64,000 nt of DNA from Zygnema circumcarinatum SAG 698-1b. Its lineage: Eukaryota > Plantae > Zygnematophyceae. The translations under genes and the position numbers were made by a program. The first letter of the stretch is position 1; every line of letters starts with the position of its first letter. Under the pieces are notes generated by a model, which searched no databases, was not told where the DNA came from, and was given only the letters and a program-made list of their open reading frames with translations. Positions 1-11,500 of the stretch are shown piece after piece. The stretch is from assembly GCA_037447605.1 (NCBI GenBank), contig CM074807.1, positions 620,001-684,000 on the forward strand. The letters are read 5' to 3'.

Positions 1-170
1 AATTGAAGCCCAAGCCGCACGCAATTCCCATAGGAATTCAGCCGCCGCTTCCAGTCTCCATGAGCGACAAACCTCTCGTACAGCAGCAACCCAAATCCAG
101 GGATGCCAAAGTGTTTGGGAAGTTCGACTCGAACTTCTCAATCTTTGCGATAGCGCCTTCGGCCGCAGTA

Positions 171-628
171 GATGTAGCGGAACGCTATACATGGGTTGTA
201 TGGCCCAGACCCTGCATTCCAGGTTGCCTTTAATGGGTAAACACTTAGGTGAATATGGCAGAAAATCCTGCAGGTTCGAACCTTTCTGCAGGGCAGGTTC
301 ATTACATGATGTGGGGCCAAGGCCCGGTCTCCCACAATCCATCCCTGAGAACACCGTGATCTCTGAGCATGGTACGGTTGACCAGAGGGTCTGAACCGAC
401 TACGCCACCGTATGTCCATGTGTTGAAGGAGCTTGAACGCTGCTCGTGAAAAACCTTGACTGCGCTCGAGGACGAGCCCGGTTTAGGTGGGGAGGAATGT
501 AGCGAAACGCTATACATGGGTTGTATGGCCGAGTACTTACATCCGCGGTTGCCTTTTAATGGTAAAGCACTTAGGTGAATACTGGGAGGTCCTGAGTTCG
601 AACCTTGCTGCAGGCAGGTTCGTTACAT
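171..628 (+). repeat. Two diverged ~135-bp direct repeats (about 171-307 and 497-628) with a tRNA-like core; SINE/MITE-like
   Basis: Shared blocks ATGTAGCG.AACGCTATACATGGGTTGTATGGCC, GGTTGCCTTT.AATGG.TAAA.CACTTAGGTGAATA and GTTCGAACCTT..GCAGGTTC.TTACAT. Copy 2 (543-616) folds as a degenerate cloverleaf with a B-box-like GTTCGAAC. Confidence 0.6.
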
Positions 629-1134
629 AGACGCTCCATGCCACGCCCCTCAAAGCGGGTGAAGCAAAGTTCACCCATTGATCGGGAGGGCATTGGGTAG
701 CACAAAGGTACCCACGCACCTGCCCCAGCCAATGATCAATTGGGCAGTCGGCATGCGGCCGATCCCCCCATAAGGAGATCGGAGGGACCTTCGCCCGATT
801 TCTCGGGGGAGGGTCCTGCAAAGCCGGGGCGGACCCCCCAATGGGGTCGCCCCGTCCGCCANNNNNNNNNNTGAGCCGAAACGATCATCTCCAGCATGTA
901 TGTATGTCTCTTTAGATGATGACTCCAAAACCCTAAAAACCCTAGAAGAGTTTTTGAAATAAGTCTAGAGACACCTGGACGTTTGAAACGCATCCATCCA
1001 TAAGATTAGTGTACGGAAAGATGTGGCATTGATCTCACGATGGCAATGATGCCATCAAATGTACATGCGCAACATCATCATGGGGAACCACGAGGAACTG
1101 GTCGCAAAGGACCGAAGCACAAAATTAGATTAGT

Positions 1135-1371
1135 TTGGATACCTTCCTTCGCCAGTGCGCCCATCGCTCTTTCGAGATGCACGGCCCCGGAAGCCCTCCT
1201 CCGGCGATCTTGGCTACCTTTTATCGACAACGTATTTCCGTCGCCCTTCAGCGTTGCCTCGCTTCTACGCTACTTCGGCGTGCTGCAGTTGTTGGTGACC
1301 GTGTTGGTGGACTTCCGCCGCTCCCTCCTCGCGACGTGCCTCACATCGGTGACCTTCGCGGCTGCTTCTAG
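1135..1371 (+). mobile_element. 3'-terminal fragment of a CRE-like (REL-endonuclease) non-LTR retrotransposon ORF; second copy at 2139-2375 (-)
   Basis: Translation ...ILATFYRQRISVALQRCLASTLLRRAAVV...LPPLPPRDVPHIGDL resembles, from memory, the C-terminal YRQRVSIALQ.AQA.AILQRA...PP.LADL segment of plant CRE-type retroelements. No RT domain is present. Confidence 0.55.
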
Positions 1372-1591
1372 GGCTGCGTTGTTGTGCCTAGGCGTAGTTT
1401 TCCGCTCCTAGCTTCGTTTTATTGTGTTTCGGTCCTTTGTGATCAGTCCTTCGTGGTTCCACATTTTGCCTTTATCCATGTAAATTTGATGGCCTCGCCA
1501 TCGCGAGTTCAATGAAAGTTTGCGTCATCTGTGAAGTCCTTGCATTCAACCGCCAGCTACGCTCGACCGCGACGACCAACGCGAACCGACC

Positions 1592-1742
1592 GACCTACGT
1601 GACCTACGCGACCTACGTGACCTACGCTACCTACGGGACCTACGCGACCTACGCGACCTACGCGACCCAACCGACCTACGTGACCTACGCGACCTACGGG
1701 ACCTATTCTACCCAACCGACCTACGCGACCTACGGGACCTAC
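1592..1742. repeat. 9-bp tandem array (GACCTACG[C/T/G]), 13 ACCTACG cores
   Basis: Counted directly in the spacer of the long inverted repeat. Confidence 0.9.
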
Positions 1743-3019
1743 TGATTGGTCGTGCTCTTACCGCGACCAATCAGTACGCGCCGACAGAATCTTTTGAACT
1801 CGCCTCAATTTCTACGCCATCCGTACGGTCGTGCACCACTTCGTACATCTCGCACTACGCGCACCTCATGGACCTGTACGGTTGCCGAACAATGTCCATC
1901 ACCACATACTAGGAACGCTAAGAGCACACTCCGCCACACAAACTTGGTATAGTACCTACAGCACTTGGTGTATGCTAATCTACAGAGCAAACTTTCATTG
2001 AACTCGCGATGGCGAGGCCATCAAATGTACATGGATAAAGGCAAAATGTGGAACCACGAAGGACTGGTCACAAAGGACCGAAACACAATAAAACAAAGCT
2101 AGGAGCGGAAAACTACGCCTAGGCACAACAACGCAGCCCTAGAAGCAGCCGCGAAGGTCACCGATGTGAGGCACGTCGCGAGGAGGGAGCGGCGGAAGTC
2201 CACCAACACGGTCACCAACAACTGCAGCACGCCGAAGTAGCGTAGAAGCGAGGCAACGCTGAAGGGCGACGGAAATACGTTGTCGATAAAAGGTAGCCAA
2301 GATCGCCGGAGGAGGGCTTCCGGGGCCGTGCATCTCGAAAGAGCGATGGGCGCACTGGCGAAGGAAGGTATCCAAACTAATCTAATTTTGTGCTTCGGTC
2401 CTTTGCGACCAGTTCCTCGTGGTTCCCCATGATGATGTTGCGCATGTACATTTGATGGCATCATTGCCATCGTGAGATCAATGCCACATCTTTCCGTACA
2501 CTAATCTTATGGATGGATGCGTTTCAAACGTCCAGGTGTCTCTAGACTTATTTCAAAAACTCTTCTAGGGTTTTTAGGGTTTTGGAGTCATCATCTAAAG
2601 AGACATACATACATGCTGGAGATGATCGTTTCGGCTCACGGACTAAGTAACCAAAACTCGCAAATCTTAAGATTTAGCAACAAGCAAACGTGCGAGAAGC
2701 TGGTCGATGGGAAGAGCAAGAAGCTGGAAATAGGATGAAGTCAAAAAGGCAAAAAAGTTTGGAGCTTCTTCTAGAAACTTTTGCGGTTGTAGTAACATAT
2801 TTGAAGCACAAAGAATCGGTAATTACCAATACTGGTACCGCCAATCCTTATCATTGAACAGCTGCTGATCGCCCTCTACCTATCACCGTTCATTATTTGA
2901 GATTCCGCAAAAGTAGTAGCCACCTTCACCTCCATAATTTGGTAGTGGAATAAGAACAAAAATACGCAGAAATTACTAAAAAAAAAAAGAAAAAATGCTA
3001 CCTTTTTCCTCTTTCCGCT

Positions 3020-4941
3020 TCAAGAGGGAAGGAGGGCGCTAAGGAGGTTGCTGGGACTGGAGTTGGAGCGGGAGAGAGAGGGAGAGGAGGGAGAGGAGGG
3101 AGAGGAGGGAGAGGAGGGAGAGGGAGAGGAGCTCCTCTCTCCCTCTGGGGAGGTGTTCAGACTCGTCATGAGCTCGGAGACCGTCTTGATGGATTCCGAG
3201 AGGCGGGCGAGCAGATTGAACAAGGCAATCACTTCGTTGCGTTGGAGCATAAGCTGCAGAGGGGGAAATCAAACAGGAAATAGTGGGTGGGTGTGCGAGA
3301 GAAATAGAGGAGAGGGAGAGGGAGAGAGAGGAGAGAGGGAGNNNNNNNNNNGAGGGGGAGAGAGAGGGGGAGGGGGAGGGGAGGGGGAGAGAGACAACGA
3401 GGTTGTGAGCACCTTTGGCGGCTCTGCGGAGTCGTCGTCCACTGAGAATAGGATCTTGAGAGAGGTCGCCAACCCTAAAATTTGAAGCTTCCCCCACAGG
3501 CGGCACTTTTCACAGCCCACGCAGTCCATGATTGCGCTGCTCTCCGCCACAAGGAGGGGTAACGACAAAAAAAAAAGCAAAATAGGTCAACAAAGAGATA
3601 GATAAACTCGTAGAACAAGTAACAAAAAAGGCAAAGGAGCGAAGCAGAAAAGGAAAAATAGTGAGTGCTGGTTTTGTCTGCGAGCTTGCACCGCCTTTGC
3701 TCTATCCTCTCCCCTTCCACCTCCTCTCCCTCCACACCCCTCTCCCTCGCGAGCTCCCACTCTCATCTCCCGCCCTCTCCCTCTCTGTGTCCGTCTTTCC
3801 ACTTTGAATCCGTCCTCTTCCATCTCCCCGAATCTGAAATAACCTCGCTTTAACTTCCCTATCCCTCCTCTATACTTTCTCTGTTCCTCTGTTTCTCTTT
3901 TTCTGTTTCTCTGTTCCTCTCTTCCTGTTCTCTGTTGTTTCTCTGTTTCTCTGTTCATCTCTTTCCTCCCTAGCCCTCCTAACTTCTCCCCTTCCCTCTC
4001 CTCCCCCTCCACTCCCCTCCTTCCCTTCTCCCTCCCTGCCAGCCTCCCTGCCCCGCTTCCCTCTCTCCCTCCCCCCCTCCCTCCCTGCCACCCTCCCTGC
4101 CTTCCTTCCCTCTCTCCCTCCCTCCCTCCCTGCCAGCCTCCCTGCCCCACTTCCCTTTCTCCCTCCCCCCCTCCCTCCCTGCCACCCTCCCTGCCTTCCT
4201 TCCCTCTCTCCCTCCCTCCCTCCCTNNNNNNNNNNAGAGAGGGGGAGGGGGGAAGGGGCGGGTGAGAGTGGGGGGGATGAGGAAGATGGAGAGGGGGAGG
4301 GGGCGGACGAGGGAGGGTGAGAGGGGGAGGGGGGAGGGGGGGATGAGGGAGGTGGAGAGGAGTGGGGGGGAGAGGGAAGGAGAGGGAAAGAAATGTCTAC
4401 AAGTAGTTATACAAGAGGGTCTACTGTAAACATAGGAATAGATAATGCTGACTCAGTCAAATAAAGCTGCAGCGAGATGTTCTGGTTTGTTACTGCAGGG
4501 AAAGTTGAAAGTCTTTCGGGTTTTCTCACCTTCGTGGCTGCCCGAAGAACGAACAAAAAAATAAAGTAAAGGTTTTGAAGACGTTCAGGATAGGGCGCTA
4601 TCCTCTCTCGAAACATTTCCAAATTTGGACCCCACTGCACATGCATGCGCCCATCGAAATTTCGCAATGTTAGGGTTACACATGGGGATGACTGAGCCTC
4701 TAGTAAATGGGCTTTAGGGTTTTTAGCATTTGAAAGGTTTAGAGTTCTTCCTGCATACATGACAGAACTTAACTTTCGGCAGCTCTGCAAATCCCATGTT
4801 CAAGATCTGCAATACTTCAAGAATTTTCAAGAATTTTCAAGAATTTTCAAGAATTTGAAAACTTTACTTCCAATGCGTAAAGAGAAGTCCAAACATTATG
4901 GTTTCATTCAAAGCCTACCTACCAGGGATCTCCAAACTTGC

Positions 4942-4989
<48 letters not shown>

Positions 4990-7367
4990 AGAAGAAGAAG
5001 AAGAAGAAGAAGAAGAAGAAGAAGGCAAAAAAGAAAGCTGACTAAGTTCGGACCAAACACTGACCAAGTTTTTTTCCTCATCAAGGAGGAAGTGGGCGCA
5101 GATGTGCGTGTTGATGGACGTGTGCAGGCCCGAAATGAGGCGGTACATGATGCGCCGCTCCGTGCAGGTGTCCTCGGCGCCGTCTGCAGGAGGGAGGGAG
5201 AGGGAGAGGGAGAGGGAGAGGGAGGGAGAGGGAGAGGGAGAGGGAGAGGGAGAAAGAGGGCGGGGAGAGCGCGAGAGAGAAGGGGGGGAAGGGGGAGGGA
5301 GAGGGAGGGGCGGAGGTGGAGAGCGCGAGAGAAGGGGGGGTAGGGGGACGGAGAGGGAGGGGGTGGGAGAGAGCGAGAGAGAAGGGGGGAAATGGGGAGG
5401 CAAGGAGGGGGAGACGGAGGGGCGAGAGGCAGCGGGGGGAGGGGAGGCAAGATGGCGAGGGAGAAGAAAAGCGAGAGAGATTTAAGCAATCGTAGACTCT
5501 GTTTCTCTGATGGGAAACCAAAGGAGGAAAGCGATGAAGTAGAAAAGTAAGGAAAGGCAAATATGTAAGAAGGGGGGTTCAGAACAATTGCTGTGCGTAC
5601 CTTTAAAGCAATTTTCAGCATAAATGGCACGCCATATTTTCTGCGCAGACTCTCCTTTGTAGCCTGTATATCTTTCGGGGTTTAGCAATAAATTCACATA
5701 CGTTAACTCAGCTGAACCCCAAAACCCCAAAAACAACACTCCAATAAGGTAAAGCCTTCCTGAACATAGAAAGGGATTCAATCACGGTTCTACAAGTTAA
5801 CTGAGAAACATGCACACAAACGCATTGAAAGGTTTTCGATTTTCTGGTTTCTCTTGCCCGTCCCTCTCCTCTCCCCCNNNNNNNNNNGAGGGAATGAGGG
5901 ATGGAGGGCATGTGGGGGGGGCATGGGAGGAAGAGGGAGGGAGAGAGGGAGGGAGGGAAGGAGGGGCATGGGGGGCGGCATGAGAGGAAGAGGGAGGGAG
6001 AGAGGGAGGGAGGGAGGGCATGGGGGGGGCATGGGAGGAAGTGGGAGGGAGAGAGGGAGGTCATGGGGGGGGCATGAGAGGAAGAGAGGGAGGGAGGGAG
6101 GGAGGGAGGGCATGGGCGAGAGGGCATGGGCGAGAGGGCATGGAAGGAAGAGGGAGGAAGTGAGGGCATGGCGGGAGGGCATGGGAGGAAGAGGGAGGAA
6201 GGGAGGGAGGGAGGGAGGGAGGGAGGGAGGGAGGGCAGTGAAAGGAATTGGAGGGAAAGAGAGGGAGGACATGGGAGGGAGGGCAGGGGAGGGAGAGAGT
6301 GGGAGGGCATGGGAGGCAAGGCATGAAAGGGAGGGCATGAGAGGGACGGCATAGGAGGGAGAGAGAGGGGAGGAGGAAGAAAGAAAGATAGAGTCTGACC
6401 TTGAAGTAGCGGAAGAAGGGTTTGGTGACGAGTTCGGAGAGCACGGGGTTGAGCACTTCGCGGTTCAACATGTCCGCCGTCTCAAAATCGCAGCAGCAGT
6501 CCTGCACTGTGCCCGTGAGTCGCGGGTACTGCAAGGGCCGGAGGAGGGGCAGGCAGAGCTCGTTAACGTACTCACAAGTCATGAAAATAGTTTTAATTCA
6601 TAAATATATCGTCATTTACTAGTTTAAAATTCATCATTCACTAACGCATTCATAATGCCAAGAATCAAATATATTATACCCGAATTAAAATTTAAATATT
6701 CAAACGAATGATAAAAATCAAAGCTGGATTTTATTGTCTCAGTAATGTTTTCACTGTGAACGTTCAGATTTTCTGGATCGAGTTTTCCCGTCTCGATCCA
6801 CTCCCTACCTTTCTATTTTCTCTTCTCTCCCACTTTCTCCCACTCCCTCTCTCACCCTTTCTCACACTCTCCCATTCACACTCTCCCTCGCTCACTCACA
6901 CTCCCCCTCTCTCTCACACTCTCTCCCATTCCCTTCGCAACCTCTCCTATTCCCCTCTCTCTCTTTTTTTCTCTCCTGTTCCCCCTCTGTTCCTTTTCTC
7001 ACTCTCCCTCTCTCCCGCTCCTCTCTCTTCCTGTCCTTTCTCGTTCCCCTCTCTCCCTCCCTTCCTTTCCCACCTGACACGTGCAGCTCGCTGCATCGGA
7101 TTCCGTCTCCCCTCCACCAGCTGAGACTGAAACTGGAACTGAGACTGAAACTGGAACTGAGACAGAAACAGTTGGCGAATGGAACGTCCACCCCCCGGTA
7201 AAGCTGAGGCCGGTAGCCACTGCCGCAGCCGCCACGACGACGGAGAGCAGGAGGAAGACGAGAGCCGCTCTCCCTGTCGCTCTCCTCTTAGAACGAGAGG
7301 GAGAGGGAGAGGGAGAGGGAGAGGGAGGAGGAGGATACTCTCCGGGAGGGAGCACCTTCTCTGCCAT
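3020..7367 (-). CDS. ERO1: Endoplasmic reticulum oxidoreductin 1; two internal segments missing at gaps
   Basis: GT-AG exons 7367-7074, 6528-6400, 5711-5601, 5183-5065, 4634-4530, 3536-3413, 3253-3020. Motifs: N-terminal hydrophobic anchor, [47 protein letters not shown] (CxxCxxC), [13 protein letters not shown]. Confidence 0.93.
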
Positions 7368-8209
7368 GGCTGTTTCTCCTCCCTTCTTCCTTGTACTTAA
7401 TCCTGCTCCGTGCCTCCCTCCGCCCCCTCAATCTCTCCCTCCCCTTCCCCGACTACCTCACTTTCCCTCTATCTCCGTCTCCGCCCCTCCAGTGCCAAGG
7501 AGCTTCTGCCAAAAAAATATATGGTCTCAAGAGGATTCCATATCCACTCTCTTCTCCATATCCTCCGTACCTCTCTGGATCTCGATAGGGAGAAGAAGAG
7601 AGAGGGAGAAAGAGGAAGAGGAGGAGAGAGAGGAAGAGGAGAGAGGGAGAAAGCGGGAGAAGAGGGTGTGGGAGAGGGAGGGGGAGAGGGAGAGTCGGAG
7701 GGAGGGAGAGCCGCGGGCGGCGGGCTGCGTCTGCCCGGTCAGCATTTCCAGACCCTTCCAGCGTGGACGTCACGCTGGCGCTTACATGTGCTCTCATTGG
7801 CTGATTGATGTCTACCGCCCACTCACGGTGTGCCGCGTGGCTCCCTTGGTCAACGGGCAGCAGGGCGACGCCGGACTGAAAAATTTCGCGTTTTCTTGAC
7901 AACAGTCAAGATCTCGAGTACTTAGTCAGACAATTAACCATAAGTAGTAGCTAGCTAAAACATTGAACCAGCATCCTGGCTAATTATGATTAGCCATGAC
8001 GGACGACAATTCTTTGCTACCGATCTGTGTCACTAGTTGTTAACTTTTCTTTAACTGCTTGTTCACATGTCACCGTTAATGTATCAGGCCAAGGCTTAAA
8101 CTAAAAGTACCATAGAAAATATTGTTAGCTTATAGGCTCTCGCCACGTGTCGTAACATGATTTGAGAATTTTGAGTCGGATCTGTAGAAACGTACGGTGA
8201 GCAAGAGGG

Positions 8210-8313
8210 TGACGTGGTTTCTCCACGTGGCAACCACGCATTGGCGTGGAGCGGTGGACGTACAGACTACTGGACTCAGGTAGTGATGTGGCGTCCACGT
8301 CGGACCACGTCAT
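8210..8313 (-). promoter_or_regulatory. ER-stress elements: ERSE (CCAAT-N9-CCACG, 8226-8244 minus) and two TGACGTGG UPRE cores (8210-8217 plus, 8305-8312 minus)
   Basis: Plus strand reads CGTGG-CAACCACGC-ATTGG, an exact ERSE spacing. It lies upstream of ERO1, a classic UPR target. Confidence 0.65.
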
Positions 8314-8502
8314 ATGCCACATAAGGAGGTACACACACAGCGAAAATGTGGAATTTTGGGTACGGGACCCCGGATGGAGGTCCAACCTCCCATAATCTGT
8401 GACCCTAGGAATGTATAGACCCTAAACTTGAGAGCTTGGATCCTGAACTGTACGTAAACCCTAAACCCTAAAAGTCCTGAACCCTAATCGCCCCCCGCCG
8501 CC

Positions 8503-11500
8503 ATGGCCGCTCCTGCGGGAGAAGCAGAGCGAGAGAGAGAGGCCGAGAGAGAGGCAGAGGGAGAGAAGGCGGGAGAGGGAGAGGGAGAGGCGGAGCAGGT
8601 GGTGACGCCATGGGAGGTCAGCGGAGCCGGCGGCGCCATAGACTACGACAAGCTCGTGGAGCAGTTCGGATGCCAGCGCCTGAACCCCGCCATGGTCGCA
8701 CGGGTGGAGCGCCTCACGGGCCGCCGCGCACACGCTTTCCTGCGCAGAGGCGTCTTCTTCGCACACAGGTACGGACGGGTAAGGGTTTAGGGTTTAGGGT
8801 GTAGGGTTTACGGTGAGGGTTTAGGTTTTAGGGTTTAGGGTTTAGGGTGAGATATTAGGGTTTGGGGTTAGGGTTTAGGGTTCAGAGCTTAGGTTGAGGA
8901 CTAGGGCTTAGGGTTTAGAGTTTAGGGTTTAGAGATTGGGGATTGTCGGAGCAGCAGCCTTTTTTCTTATTAAGATTTTGTCAATGAATGTTCAGGGACT
9001 TTGACCTAATTCTGGACGCGTACGAGCGCGGGGAGAAGTTCTATCTGTACACGGGGCGGGGGCCCTCCTCGGAGGCGCTGCACTTTGGCCACCTCATTCC
9101 CTTCCAGTTCACCAAGTAGGGCTACTGGGAGGCTGGGGGAAGAGGGAGGGGGAGAGGTTGCGGAGGGGAGAGACGGGGAGAGGAGGAGGGGGAGGGGAGA
9201 GAGACGGGGAGAGGATGAGGGTGGGGGAGAGAGAGACGGGGAGAGGAGGAGGGGGGGTGGGAGAGAGAGAGACGGGGAGAGGAGGGGGGGAGAGGAGAGA
9301 GACGGGGAGAGGAGGAGGGGGGAAGAGAGAGNNNNNNNNNNGAGAGGAGGAGAGGGGGGGGGAGAGAGAGACGGGGAGAGGAGGAGGAGAGGGGAGAGAG
9401 ACGGGGAGAGGAGGGGGAGAAGAGAGACGGGGAGAGGGGGGGGAGAGAGAGACGGGGAGAGGAGGGGGGAAGAGAGAGACGGGGAGAGTAGGAGGGGGGA
9501 GAAACAGAGATGGGGAGAGGAGAAGGGGGGGAGAGAGACGGGAGAGGAGGGGGGGAGAGAGAGACGGGGAGACGAGGAGGGGGCGGAGAGAGAGACAGGG
9601 AGAGGAGGAGGGGGGGGAAAAGAGACGGGAGAGGAGGAGGGGGGCGGCGGAATGAGTGACGGGGAGAGGAGGAGGAGGGGGGGAAAGAGACACGGGGAGA
9701 GGAGGAGGGGGGGGGAACGGAGAGGAGGAGGGGGGGGGGGAACGGAGAGGAGGAGGGGGGGGAAAGAGAGACGGGGAGAGGAGGAGGGGGGGGGGGAGAG
9801 ACGGGGAGAGGAGGAGGAGGGGGGGGAGAGAGAGACGGGGAGAGTAGGAGGGGGGAGAAAGAGAGATGGGGAGAGGAGGGGGGGAGAGACGGGGAGAGGA
9901 GGGGGGAGAGAGAGACGGGGAGAGGAAGAGGGGGGGAGAGAGAGTGACGGGGAGAGGAGGGAAGGGGCGAGAGAGACGGGGAGAGGAGGAGGGGGGGAAG
10001 AGAGAGACGGGGAGAGGATGGGGGGGAGATAGAGACGGGGAGAGGAGGAGGGGGGGAGAGAGAGAGACGGGGAGAGGAGGGGGGCAGGGGAGAGAGAGAC
10101 GGGGAGAGGAGGAGGGGGGGGAGAGAGAGACGGGGATGGAAGGAGGGGGGAGGGAAGAGAGAGACGGGGAGAGGAAGAGGGCAGGGGGGAGGGGAGGAGA
10201 GAGGAGATAAGGGAGGGAGTGGAGAGAGGAGTGAGGGGAGGCGGGGGTAATGATAGTGGAGACGAGAGAGGGTTCCTGGTTCTATAGAGGAGGGAGAGAA
10301 ACCATTTAAGAGAGAGGAGAGTGGACTTTATTCTGCTTTTCAGTAAACCAAGTCTTCGCTTTCACCTAAGAATACGCAGTGGAAAACCTTATCAAGCGTC
10401 CGTTACTGCCATTGATCTACATGAGGAATTAATCTCTCGTCTCTTCCCTCTCTCTCTTTCTCTCCCCTGTGTTTTGCGCTCTTCTCGCTCTCTTTCTTCT
10501 CTTTTTCTCTCCCCCTTCAACCACTCTCTCTCTATTCCCTCCCTCTCTCTGTCTGTCGCTCTCTCTTTGTTTTTCTCTCACCGCTCCCGATCTTTATCTC
10601 CCTCTCCCCCTTAACCCCCCTTACTCGTTCTCTCTTCCGCCCACCTCCCCTCCTTCGCTTCCACCCTCTCTCGTCCCCCCTCCCTCCCCCCCCCTCTCTC
10701 TCTCTCTCCCTCTCTCCCTCTCTCTTTCTCTCGCTCTCTCTCTCTCTTTCTCTCGCTCTCTCCCTCTCTCTCTCTCTCTCTCAGGTGGCTCCAAGACGCC
10801 TTCAAGGTCCCCCTCATGATTCAGCTCACCGACGACGAAAAGTTCTATTGGAAGAACATGACATTGGAGGAGTCACGCCGACTCGCCCGCGAGAATGCAA
10901 AGGACATCATCGCATGCGGGTTTGACGTCAGCAGAACATTCATCTTTTCAAATTTCGACTACATGGGAGGGTAAATTCTCAAATCTGTTTTATCTTCTAA
11001 GAAGTTGAAAATTAAAGGAGCACGAAAGGGGAAGGTTGTGAATTTTGGTGGAATCTATTTGTGTTTTATGTGAATGGAGCATGGAGGCATGCATGCATGA
11101 ACATGTATGTATGTATGTGGGCTTTAGTTTAGTATTCACTGTTTCAAATGGAGGTTTAGAAGTGTTCAGAATGAGCAATGATGAATTCGAGAATTGTTTT
11201 TCTGTGCAGCCATTTTTATCAAAATATCTGCCGGATCGCAAAAACGGTCACCTTGAATCAAGTAAGCTTCAAAAAGTCAACCGAAACAAGGAAAAAAACT
11301 GTCTCCTCCCCCCCCTCCCCTTCCCTCATTTTCCTTTCCTACTCCAGATATTTTCAAGTTAACATGTAACACATCTAATATTGGCCCTCCCTCTCCCTTC
11401 ATATTCTCCAATTTTCTTCTCCCCTCCTCCCTCCCTCCCCTCCCTCCCTCCCTCCCTCCCTCCTCTCCCTCCCTCTCCCTTCCCTCCCTCCTCCCTCCCT

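Larger units (their letters stand above)
872..2638. repeat. Long inverted repeat: 652-bp arms (872-1523 and 1987-2638), 463-bp spacer
   Basis: Arms are reverse complements, and identical 123-aa and 78-aa ORFs appear on opposite strands. I found three mismatches (left-arm positions 1415, 1443, 1483). The left arm starts right after the N-gap at 862-871. Confidence 0.95.

Noticed and set aside
543-616. Functional tRNA-Phe(GAA)
   Set aside because: Non-canonical anticodon loop (G32, T37), bulged stems, a weak T stem and a degenerate sister copy; treated as a tRNA-derived repeat.
1040-1411. 123-aa ORF (and its mirror at 2099-2470) as a real gene
   Set aside because: No recognisable domain; the overlapping frame carries the retroelement-like motif, and the duplication explains the second copy.
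4407-4480. [19 protein letters not shown] as the missing ERO1 exon
   Set aside because: It ends in a stop, has no matching donor and lacks similarity to the expected YDTG..PFDE segment.
8781-8935. True chromosome end or fusion point
   Set aside because: The tract is short, degenerate and inside an intron of an intact gene.
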